From Dehalococcoidia bacterium (GTDB lineage Bacteria; Chloroflexota; Dehalococcoidia; UBA2979), in contig WHSU01000012.1 in assembly GCA_009379925.1 (NCBI GenBank), positions 16,419 through 80,418 of the forward strand: DNA of 64,000 nt, written 5' to 3'. Of this stretch, positions 34,007-42,432 are shown in pieces. How positions within the stretch are numbered: the stretch's first letter is position 1; every line of letters starts with the position of its first letter. The translations under genes and the position numbers were made by a program. The notes beneath the pieces were generated by a model, which was not told the DNA's origin, made no database searches, and saw only the letters and a list, made by a program, of their open reading frames with translations.

Positions 34007-34498
34007 ATGCCCGCACTCCGGCTGCGCGACGAAGATGCCCGCATCGCCTACCTCGCCACGGTGTACCACCTCGGCCGTCCCGGGTCCGAGACCGACCCCG
34101 GCACGTTGCAGCGGCACGACATGGGGCTGCAGTCCGTGCACGACCGCATGGCCGAGCAACTGGGGCAGGCAACCATCGACGTCGAACTGTCGCCCTACCA
34201 GCTGGTGCGGCTCGGCGAGGCGCTGCTGGGCGTGTCCAATGAACTGAAGCAGTACGGTATGGCGCAGGGGCACTCCGCGGTGCCGGGCTTCCAGGACGCC
34301 ATGGGAGCGCTCTACCCGGCCACGCGGCAAGAGCCCGGCATCGCGATGGACATCGTGCAGCACGCGGTCATGCTTCACCGCCGCCTGAGTACCGCGCTCG
34401 ATCAGGCGCGGCAGGCCGTCGAGGAAGCCCGGGAGGAACAGCGCCGGGAACAGGAAGCCGCCTCGAAGCCGTGGTGGCAGGTCTGGCGGCGCGAATAG
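34007..34498 (+). CDS. Hypothetical protein
   Basis: GC3-rich ORF with leaderless ATG; coiled coil and KPWWQVW C-terminus. Confidence 0.7.
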   Translation: MPALRLRDEDARIAYLATVYHLGRPGSETDPGTLQRHDMGLQSVHDRMAEQLGQATIDVELSPYQLVRLGEALLGVSNELKQYGMAQGHSAVPGFQDAMGALYPATRQEPGIAMDIVQHAVMLHRRLSTALDQARQAVEEAREEQRREQEAASKPWWQVWRRE

Positions 34499-34664
34499 GG
34501 CGTCCGGGCGGGCATCGCGCGGCCGGGGCGCCGCTCGTTTAGATGCGGGCGCTCGCTGCTTGTGTGGAGCGAGGGGCCTGCCTAGAATCTGCTCCGAGGC
34601 TGGGGACTGACGCCGCGGGCGCGTCCGAACGGCCTCGAGACCACCGGAAAGGGAACCATCCGGG

Positions 34665-34940
34665 ATGACGTACTTCATCACCACACCATGCATCGACGTC
34701 ATGGACCAATCCTGCGTCGATGTCTGCCCGGTTGACTGCATTCACTTCGAAGAGGGCGTCGACAAGATGCTCTACATCGACCCTGACGAGTGCATCGACT
34801 GCGGCGCCTGCGAGCCGGCCTGCCCGGTCTCTGCGATCTACGCCGAAGACGACCTGCCCGAGGACCAGGAGATCTTCCGGGAGATCAACCCGCTGTGGTA
34901 CCAGGACAAGGATGCGGCCCGCGCGAAAGTCCCTGCATAG
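34665..34940 (+). CDS. fdxA: 7Fe-type ([3Fe-4S]/[4Fe-4S]) ferredoxin
   Basis: [19 protein letters not shown] and [12 protein letters not shown]. Confidence 0.9.
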   Translation: MTYFITTPCIDVMDQSCVDVCPVDCIHFEEGVDKMLYIDPDECIDCGACEPACPVSAIYAEDDLPEDQEIFREINPLWYQDKDAARAKVPA

Positions 34941-34972
34941 GGACAGCGCCGCACACCGCGACCACCTCGAGG

Positions 34973-34999
34973 CCCCGCCCACCGGCGGGGTTTCGTTTT
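34973..34999 (+). terminator. Intrinsic terminator
   Basis: CCCCGCC-CACC-GGCGGGG followed by TTTCGTTTT. Confidence 0.8.
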
Positions 35000-35172
35000 G
35001 TGGTCGGAGCGGCTGCCCTCGCTCTTGCCGTCGCCTCGACTGCTCGACAGTCGCGTACTTTGGTCGTCGGGAGACGCGCTGGGGGTGCACGCGGCTCCTC
35101 TCGGAGGACCTGCAGCACGGGCAGCAGATCGGCGGTTTGAGGATCGAGAACCCCTTCCTCGCCTGAACGGCC

Positions 35173-35716
35173 CTATAGCTCCCGCCGGTAGCGCACCTCG
35201 ACCGCTGGCCAATCGAGGCCGCCCGCGGGGAACAGCCGCTCCGCGTGGGCGCCGTCCGGCGTCCAGCCGCCGATCTCGTAGAAGCGGCGGGCGCGCGCGT
35301 TGCCCTCCAGCACCCAGAGCACGACGGCTCGGTAGCCCCGCTCCCGGAGGTCGTCGAGGGCGTGCGCCATGAGGGCGCGGCCGATGCCTGTGCCGACGTA
35401 CGCCGGGTCGAGGTGGATCCAGTGCAGGGTCGCCGTCCCCCGGCGGGAGGTCGCCGTCGTGCTCCGGGTCCGGCTCGTGCGTCCCACAGAATCCGGCCGG
35501 CACGCCCTCCACTTCGGCGAGCCAGAGGCGGAACGCCGGCGGGGGTGCGCCGAGCAGGCTTCGCCAGTCCGCGGCCCGGCGTCCCGCCGAGAGGCCGGCG
35601 AGGTACTCGGGCGCCGCGAGGCCGGCATAGGCGAAGCGGTGCGCGGCGACGTGGATGCGGCCCAGCGCCTCGGCGTCGTCGAGCGTCGCGAGGCGGATGC
35701 GCAGCGGCCCGGACAT
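35173..35716 (-). pseudogene. GNAT acetyltransferase split by a one-base insertion frameshift
   Basis: IRLATLDDAEAL..AGFC in one frame; LHWIHLDP..GTGIGRAL..WVLEGNARARRFYE..GW in another; break at G5 run (plus CCCCC 35437-35441). Confidence 0.8.
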
Positions 35717-35726
35717 GTCGCGCGGG

Positions 35727-36515
35727 TTAGAGGCCGCGCAGGTACGGCAGGTCGTCGTGGGCGAGGCTGCCCTCGCCCTCCAGTGGATGGGCGGTGATGC
35801 GCACCTCCCCGTCCTCCAGCAGGTCGACGACCAGGACGTGGCCGCCGGCCTGGTTGCCGCCCAGGCCCTCGGGCGCACCGGAGTAGGCGGCGACCACGGA
35901 CTCGCCGGCGGCGACGCGGGTCATCTGCTCCCAGTGGCCCAGCGCGACGTAGTCGCGTTGGGACTCGACCAGGTGCTGCTCGCGGATATGGAACGAGTGG
36001 TGCATCAGCGCCCGCGGGTGGATGAAGTGGCCGTGGCCGATGCCGATCTGCCACGGCGCGTCACCGCGCGGCGGTGGGCCCTCGAAGGGCATGAAGTCGA
36101 AGAGTTGCTCGGTATGGCTGCGGCCCCAGACCTCGACCTCGAGTCCATCGACGGCGACGGTCTCGCCCATGGGCTGGCGCATGATCTGGAGATTCTGCGC
36201 GAGCGCGGGCAGGTCCACGCGGTCGTACACGGAGCCGGGGCCGACGTGGTCGTGGTTGCCGGGTGCGATCACCACCGGGCGTTCGAGGCGCGCGATCTGC
36301 TCGGCCGCGAACGTCATGGTCTCTTCGCGCACGCGCGCGTTGTCGAAGAAATCTCCGGCGACCAGCATGAAGTCCACGCCCTCGCGCAGACCGATGTCGA
36401 TCACGCGGCGGAAGCCGTCCTCCAGTTCGCGCCGCATGGACTCGCCGCTGGAGTCGTACGCGCCGAGGTGGACGTCGGACGTGTGGAGTAGTCGCAGACG
36501 CGGCTTAGCGGCCAT
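35727..36515 (-). CDS. SbcD/Mre11-like metallophosphoesterase
   Basis: HTSDVHLG, AGDFFD, PGNHD, GHG, YVALGHW motifs. Confidence 0.88.
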   Translation of the reverse strand: MAAKPRLRLLHTSDVHLGAYDSSGESMRRELEDGFRRVIDIGLREGVDFMLVAGDFFDNARVREETMTFAAEQIARLERPVVIAPGNHDHVGPGSVYDRVDLPALAQNLQIMRQPMGETVAVDGLEVEVWGRSHTEQLFDFMPFEGPPPRGDAPWQIGIGHGHFIHPRALMHHSFHIREQHLVESQRDYVALGHWEQMTRVAAGESVVAAYSGAPEGLGGNQAGGHVLVVDLLEDGEVRITAHPLEGEGSLAHDDLPYLRGL

Positions 36516-37891
36516 CAGACGGCGATCTCGTCGTGCGATGGCACTGCGGGCCGCAAGGCCTCCAGGCGCGTCGTGAGCGCCGTCACGAGGCCCGTCAGCG
36601 GCACCCGCTCCTGCTGCATGGTGTCGCGGTCGCGGATGGTGACCGCCTGGTCGTCCAGCGTGTCGAAGTCCACGGTGACGCAGAGGGGCGTCCCGATCTC
36701 ATCCTGGCGACGGTAGCGACGGCCGATCGACTGAGCATCGTCATACTGCGTGCGGAAGTGCGGCCCGAGCTGCTCCCACACCTGTCGCGCCGTCGGGACG
36801 AGCTTCTCGTTGCGGGAGAGCGGCAGGATGGCGACTGCCACCGGCGCGACGTGGGGGGCGAAGCGGAGCACGGTGCGCGTCTCGCCGCCCTCCAGCGTCT
36901 CCTCGTCGTAGGCGTCCATCATCAGCGTGAGCATCGTACGGTCGAGGCCCAGCGCGGGCTCGACCACGTGCGGGACGACGTGCTCGTTCGTCTCCGGGTC
37001 GAAGTAGGTCAGGGTCTTACCTGAGAACTTCGAGTGCTGCGTGAGGTCGAAGTCGCCGCGGTGGGCGATGCCCTCCAGCTCGCCCCAGCCCCAGGGGTAA
37101 TGCACCTCGATGTCTGCCGTCGCCTTCGAGTAGTGCGACAACTCCTCGGGCGTGTGGTCACGGAGACGGAGGTGCTGGGGGCGGATGCCGAGTGAGTAGT
37201 GGAAGCGGAGTCGCTCCTTCTTCCAGTAGGCGTGCCAGTCCAGCGACTCGTCGGGGTGGCAGAAGTATTCCATCTCCATCTGCTCGAACTCGCGCGTGCG
37301 GAAGATGAACTGCTTCACCGTGATCTCGTTGCGAAACGACTTGCCGATCTGCGCGATGCCGAAGGGGAGGCGGCGGCGCGTGGTCTGCTGCACGTTCTCG
37401 AAGTTCACGAACATGCCCTGCGCAGTCTCCGGGCGCAGGTAGGCGGCGGACTCGCTGCTCTCCACCGGTCCGATGTTGGTGCGGAGCATCATGTTGAAGT
37501 TGCGCGGCTCCGTGAACTGGCCCACCGTGCCGCAATTCGGGCACGTGTTGTCCTCGATGTGGTCGGCGCGCAGCCGGGCCTGGCACTTCAGGCAGTCCAC
37601 CATCGGGTCGTGGAAGACCTCGACGTGGCCGGAGGCCTCCCAGACGCGCGGATTCGTGACGATCGCCGCCTCGATGCCCACGACGTCCTGCCGCTGGTGC
37701 ACCATCGAGCGCCACCAGAGGTCACGGATGTTGCGCCGCAACTCGACGCCTAGCGGTCCGTAGTCGTAGGTGGCCTCGAAGCCGCCGTAGATTTCGGCGG
37801 ACGGGAAGACGAAGCCGCGCCGCTTGGCGAGCGAGGTGATGGTCTCGAGGTCGGCCTTGATCTCGGAGGCCGTCTCGGTGCGATCGGTCAC
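36515..37891 (-). CDS. glyQS: Glycine-tRNA ligase, alpha2 type
   Basis: YDYGPLG, LRPETAQG, GKSFRNEI, REFEQME, SIGRRYRRQDEIGTP. Confidence 0.96.
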   Translation of the reverse strand: MTDRTETASEIKADLETITSLAKRRGFVFPSAEIYGGFEATYDYGPLGVELRRNIRDLWWRSMVHQRQDVVGIEAAIVTNPRVWEASGHVEVFHDPMVDCLKCQARLRADHIEDNTCPNCGTVGQFTEPRNFNMMLRTNIGPVESSESAAYLRPETAQGMFVNFENVQQTTRRRLPFGIAQIGKSFRNEITVKQFIFRTREFEQMEMEYFCHPDESLDWHAYWKKERLRFHYSLGIRPQHLRLRDHTPEELSHYSKATADIEVHYPWGWGELEGIAHRGDFDLTQHSKFSGKTLTYFDPETNEHVVPHVVEPALGLDRTMLTLMMDAYDEETLEGGETRTVLRFAPHVAPVAVAILPLSRNEKLVPTARQVWEQLGPHFRTQYDDAQSIGRRYRRQDEIGTPLCVTVDFDTLDDQAVTIRDRDTMQQERVPLTGLVTALTTRLEALRPAVPSHDEIAV

Positions 37892-38053
37892 GTGATCTCC
37901 AGCAACAGGGCCGCGCGACCGGCTGCCACGCGACGAGGGGATGGGGCCGCGAGCGTAGCATCGGGCGATCTTGCCCTCAAGGACGCGGCGAGGGCCTCGA
38001 GGGCCGTACGATCCTCAGGCTGGCGCCTGACAGGCGCGGCGAGGAGGACCGAA

Positions 38054-38566
38054 ATGTCCGAGCAGCCACCATCGGCCAGCGAGCCGCGCGCATCGCGCAC
38101 CACGAAGCCGGCGGGCTACTGGGAGCCGCATCCGCTGCCCTGGGGTTGGGCGGAGAGCCGCCTGGTCGAGGCGCGCAACTACTGGATCGCGTCGGTGGGC
38201 GCGTCGGGAGCGCCACACGCGAGGCCCGTGTGGGGCGCCTGGGTGGACGGCGCGCTCTGCTTCAGCAGCGGGTCGCGCATCGTTACGAACATCGAGGCCG
38301 AGCCGCGCGTCACCGCACACCTGGACAGCGGCGACGAAGCGGTGATCCTGGAGGGCACGGCTGAGGCGCTGAGCGACGCCGAGGCGATCCGTGGCTTCAT
38401 CGAGGCCTTCAACCCCAAGTACCACTGGGACTTCACGCCCGAATCCGCCGGCGCCGTGATCGCGGTCCGGCCGCGCGTCGTGTTCGGGTGGGTATCCGAC
38501 CCCAGCGGGCAGGATGGGGGCGCGCTGTTCTCGGCTTCCGGGACGCGATGGGACTTCGGCGGCTAG
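38054..38566 (+). CDS. Pyridoxamine 5'-phosphate oxidase-like (split beta-barrel) protein
   Basis: LPW.W...RL..ARNYW.A....G.PHARPVWG, V.LEG motifs; GGAGG RBS. Confidence 0.82.
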   Translation: MSEQPPSASEPRASRTTKPAGYWEPHPLPWGWAESRLVEARNYWIASVGASGAPHARPVWGAWVDGALCFSSGSRIVTNIEAEPRVTAHLDSGDEAVILEGTAEALSDAEAIRGFIEAFNPKYHWDFTPESAGAVIAVRPRVVFGWVSDPSGQDGGALFSASGTRWDFGG

Positions 38567-38642
38567 GGACCGCACCTCGCCCTCGATGCGCCCGCGCGCG
38601 CCGTTCCGTAAGATGCAGCCGGGCGATCGCGAGGAGGCTTGC

Positions 38643-38813
38643 ATGCGGGTGCTCGTGTTGCTGGTGCTGGGGACGGCTGCCGGAGTGGCGGCCGCGGTCC
38701 TGGCCGCCGCGCGCGACGAGCACGCCGGTGCGCTGCCCTCGGGCCCAGCGCCGGTCCCGCTCACGGGCGGCAACACCCCGGGCGGGGGAGCGGACGGAGG
38801 CACGGCCCAGTGA
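38643..38813 (+). CDS. Small single-TM protein (56 aa)
   Basis: GAGGAGG RBS; hydrophobic N-terminus; TGATG coupling to the next gene. Confidence 0.55.
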   Translation: MRVLVLLVLGTAAGVAAAVLAAARDEHAGALPSGPAPVPLTGGNTPGGGADGGTAQ

Positions 38814-39163
38814 TGAACGGCACCGGAGACCCGAGCAAGCTCTGCATGATGGTCGTGTCCGACACGGACGCGGACAGTCTTATGGGCGCCCTCGTGGAGC
38901 GAGGATTCCCCGCCACCAAGGTCGGATCGACGGGCGGCTTCCTGCGGCGGGGCAACGTCACGATCTTCAGCGGCGTCACGGACGCCCGCGTGGACGAACT
39001 GGTGGGCGTGGTCACCGAGATCTGCCACGCGCGCAAGGAGTTCGTCCCGGTGCAGACCCTCCCCTTCCTGGGCGACGGGTCGTTCAACGCCGAACCCGTG
39101 GAGGTGCGCGTGGGCGGCGCGATCGTCTTCGTACTGGGGATCGACAGCTTCCACCGGATCTAG
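38813..39163 (+). CDS. darA: Cyclic di-AMP receptor, PII-like (DarA/PstA)
   Basis: TKVGSTGGFLRRGN.T, V.VGGA.VFV signatures. Confidence 0.9.
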   Translation: MNGTGDPSKLCMMVVSDTDADSLMGALVERGFPATKVGSTGGFLRRGNVTIFSGVTDARVDELVGVVTEICHARKEFVPVQTLPFLGDGSFNAEPVEVRVGGAIVFVLGIDSFHRI

Positions 39164-39185
39164 CCGGCGCATCCGGACCGACAGC

Positions 39186-40481
39186 CTACGAGACCGCGCG
39201 CGCTCCCTTGCGGTCGAGGCGTGGCTCGTCCACGGGTGCCGGCACGCGGTCCCAGACCGCGGCTGCACGTGGCAGCACGTCCGCGACATCCACGTCGTAC
39301 TGGCGGCCCCCACCGGCCTCGATGAGCGCGAGCGCGTCCTGGTGCGACAGGGCGCCGCGGTACGGCCGCTGGGCGCGCAGGGCGCAGTATGTGTCCGCCA
39401 CCGCGAGGATGCGCGGCGCCAGTTCCAGCTCGTCGACCGTCAGCATGGCGGGATAGCCGCGCCCGTCCGGCCGCTCGTGGTGCGCCTCGATCCAGGCCGG
39501 GATCGGGCCCAGGCCGGGGGCGCCATCCAGCAAGCGGGCGCCCAGCGAGGGGTGCCGGCGCATGGTCTCCATCTCCTCGATCGACAGGATCGAGGGCTTG
39601 TCCGTGATCTCCCGAGAGATGCCGAGTTGGCCGATGTCCAGGAGGTGGCCCGCGACGCGCAGCGCGCGTACCTCGCCCTCCGGGCGGCCGAGGCACTGCC
39701 CAAGTTCACCGGCCAGCGCCGACACGCGGGCGCTGCGGCCGAGTTCGCGCACGCCGACATCGACCACTTCGCCCATCACCTCGGCGGTGTGCTCCAGCTT
39801 GCGGATGGACGGGCGGCCATCGCCCGCCCCGGCGGCGCCCAGGATGCGCGGGAGCGAGTCGCTCCACAGCGAGGCCCAGAGGTGGTCGTCTTTGAGCACG
39901 GAGCGCAACGCGTCCGCGACCTCGCGGCCGACGGCCGCCACCGCGTCGTCCGGGCCCAGGCGCTGGAGGTCGGCACGCGCCCGCAGCGGGTTCACCATGC
40001 CATCGGTCTGGTCGCTAGCCCAGTGTGCCGCCGAGATGGCGAGCGACTCCACCGGGATCTCGCCCATGGCGCGGCCCTCGGGGTGACCTCGGCCGTCCCA
40101 GCGCTCGTGGGTGCCCGCGATCACGCGCGCCACATCCTCGTCGAAGCCAAAGCGGTGCGCGACCCAGGCGCCGCCCTGCAGGCGGCCGCCCTCGATGCGC
40201 ACGGCGATGCCGGAGTCGTGGAGGAGCGCCGCGCGGAGGGTGCGGCGGCGGGCCGCGGCGTCCAGCTTGAGGCGCTCCACGATGCCGAGGGCGACCAGCG
40301 CGACTCGGCAGGCGTGCCCCAGGTCTTCCGCCTCCGCGAGGTCGAACGCCCCACTGAGGTAGGGGAGCAGGTCGGCGCGCCGCACCGGCTCGAGTTCGAC
40401 ATCGTCGACTTCCTCGGCCGCGATGAACGCGTCGTGCTCCTCGGCACTCGTGCGGGCGTCGGAACCTGGTTCCATGGGCAT
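39186..40481 (-). CDS. Tandem HD-GYP-like domain protein with degenerate motifs
   Basis: LLHDSG..THERWDGRGHP; second domain HLLDIG..HHERPDGRGYP..AVAD..RPYR. Confidence 0.85.
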   Translation of the reverse strand: MPMEPGSDARTSAEEHDAFIAAEEVDDVELEPVRRADLLPYLSGAFDLAEAEDLGHACRVALVALGIVERLKLDAAARRRTLRAALLHDSGIAVRIEGGRLQGGAWVAHRFGFDEDVARVIAGTHERWDGRGHPEGRAMGEIPVESLAISAAHWASDQTDGMVNPLRARADLQRLGPDDAVAAVGREVADALRSVLKDDHLWASLWSDSLPRILGAAGAGDGRPSIRKLEHTAEVMGEVVDVGVRELGRSARVSALAGELGQCLGRPEGEVRALRVAGHLLDIGQLGISREITDKPSILSIEEMETMRRHPSLGARLLDGAPGLGPIPAWIEAHHERPDGRGYPAMLTVDELELAPRILAVADTYCALRAQRPYRGALSHQDALALIEAGGGRQYDVDVADVLPRAAAVWDRVPAPVDEPRLDRKGARAVS

Positions 40482-40627
40482 GCTCCCGGCCGTGCTGCAT
40501 CCTGACGAGTCACCTCGCCATGCTTGTCTATATCGTCGGCAGGGCCGTCCTGAATCTGGAGTCCGCCGTTATGTCGCATCTGAGGCGACGGGTTGCGGGC
40601 GTCACCCCTCCCAATGAGAATCGGCAC

Positions 40628-41287
40628 ATGATCCTCGATGCGTTCGTCGTCGGCCGCCTGCAAGCAAATTGTTACGCCGTGGGCGACGAAGAGAGCCGCG
40701 AGGTGCTGATCGTCGATCCCGGCGACCAGGGCGAGGCGCTCGTCGAGGCGTTCCGGACGCGGGACTACCGCGTGACGGGCGTTGTGGTGACGCACCACCA
40801 CCTCGACCACTCCGGTGGAGCGCACGAGGTCCTCCAGGCGCTGCCAGATGCCCGATTCTACATGCACGCGGCTGACTACCCGCAGATCGCCGCCAGTGCG
40901 CCCTCCGGCCCCGCGTGGTACGGCCGGGAGGTCGCGCCGCCTCGAGCGCCGGACCAGCTGCTGGAGCACGGGGACGTGTTGCGTGCGGGACGGCACGAGT
41001 TCCAGGTGTTGCACTGTCCCGGGCACACGCCGGGGCACGTCTGCATGGAAGGCGAGGGCGTGGTCTTCACGGGGGACGTGCTGTTCCAGGGCTCGATCGG
41101 CCGGCACGACTTCCCCGGCTCGGATGGCCCGGCGCTGATCCGGTCGATCCGCGACCACCTGCTGACGCTGCCCGATGAGACGGCCGTCTACTCGGGGCAC
41201 GGGCCGGCCACCACCATCGGCGAGGAGCGGCGGCACAACCCGTTCCTCGTGAACCCTCGGATGACGCTCGGCTTCGACGTCGACTGA
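40628..41287 (+). CDS. MBL-fold metallohydrolase (glyoxalase II-like)
   Basis: THHHLDH, PGHTPGH, GDVLFQGSIGR, GHG. Confidence 0.92.
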   Translation: MILDAFVVGRLQANCYAVGDEESREVLIVDPGDQGEALVEAFRTRDYRVTGVVVTHHHLDHSGGAHEVLQALPDARFYMHAADYPQIAASAPSGPAWYGREVAPPRAPDQLLEHGDVLRAGRHEFQVLHCPGHTPGHVCMEGEGVVFTGDVLFQGSIGRHDFPGSDGPALIRSIRDHLLTLPDETAVYSGHGPATTIGEERRHNPFLVNPRMTLGFDVD

Positions 41288-41352
41288 CGATGCGCCGCGA
41301 GGTGCGGGCGGCGGCACGCTGCGCCACCTGACGGAGAAACGGAGAGCGGCCC

Positions 41353-42357
41353 ATGCACCTCGTCGTGGACGGCAACAACATCGCCTGGGCCGGCTTCCAC
41401 TCGCTACGCCGCGCGATGGGGGCAGAGACCCCAGAGCAGTATGTCCGCAGCGCCGGGCTGGGCCTCACGCAGAGCGTCCTCGGCCTGATCCTGCGGGCAG
41501 GCGAGCCGCCTCCCGAGCCAGGCGACCCGCACCCGCCGCAGCACGAGGTGTCGCGGGTCACCGTGGTCTTCGATGAGGGCCGCCCGCTGCGCCGGCGCAC
41601 GATCTATCCGCCGTACCAGACCGGCCGCGAGTCCGACCCGTCGTTCATGGAGCACGAACGGCACGTACTCGCGGGCATCGCCGGCTTCATCGAAGGCATG
41701 CGGCACGCGCCCGTCACCATCCTCCGCGGCGTGAACACGGAGGCCGATGACCTGGTCGCCTGGACGGTCCTCGAAGACAACCCGGGCGTCCATGCCCGCG
41801 TCGCTTCCACGGACCGCGACTTCATGCAGCTGGTGGGCGGGGAGACGTCCATCTACAGCCCGGTGAAGCGAGTGGTGATCGATGCAGCGAACTTCCACGA
41901 GCACGCCTCGCCGAAGTTGAGCGACGGCACACCCGTGCTGTTCCCACGCGAGCGCTACCTGGACTACCGCGCCGCCAGCGGCGACGCCAGCGACGACCTG
42001 CCCGGTATCCCCGGCGTCGGCGCGGTGACGGCCGCGCGACTGGTGGCGTACGGCCCGCTCGATGCGTACTTCGACGACCCGACGCTGGCGGCCGAGGCGT
42101 GCGGGCGGCGGAGCGCGAAGGTGGAAGCGGCGTTCCGCTCCGGCGAGGCGCGCGAGGTCGTCGCACGCAACCGGGAACTCATGGACCTCCGCCGGGCCGT
42201 GCGGCACTACCCCTCGATGGCTGAGTACACCACGCAAGGGACGTGGGACGAAGGCGCGTTTGCCCGCTGGCTGCGGGACGATGTGCGGCCGGGGAACCTG
42301 GACCAGGACGCGGTCGTACAGGCCGTGGCAAAGCTGGCCGTGGACCGCGACGCGTAG
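41353..42357 (+). CDS. Stand-alone 5'-3' exonuclease/flap endonuclease (PolA N-terminal-like)
   Basis: VVDGNN, VVFD, EADD, STDRD, GDASDDLPGIPGVG. Confidence 0.88.
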   Translation: MHLVVDGNNIAWAGFHSLRRAMGAETPEQYVRSAGLGLTQSVLGLILRAGEPPPEPGDPHPPQHEVSRVTVVFDEGRPLRRRTIYPPYQTGRESDPSFMEHERHVLAGIAGFIEGMRHAPVTILRGVNTEADDLVAWTVLEDNPGVHARVASTDRDFMQLVGGETSIYSPVKRVVIDAANFHEHASPKLSDGTPVLFPRERYLDYRAASGDASDDLPGIPGVGAVTAARLVAYGPLDAYFDDPTLAAEACGRRSAKVEAAFRSGEAREVVARNRELMDLRRAVRHYPSMAEYTTQGTWDEGAFARWLRDDVRPGNLDQDAVVQAVAKLAVDRDA

Positions 42358-42380
42358 GCCAAGCGGGCGGCTCTGAACGT

Positions 42381-42410
42381 AGGAGGCCGGCGCGTGAGCG
42401 CCGGCCTCCT
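42381..42410. terminator. Hairpin between convergent genes
   Basis: AGGAGGCCGGCGC-GTGA-GCGCCGGCCTCCT, 13-bp perfect stem. Confidence 0.6.
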
Positions 42411-42432
42411 GAATCTCCGCTCGGTGTCTGGC

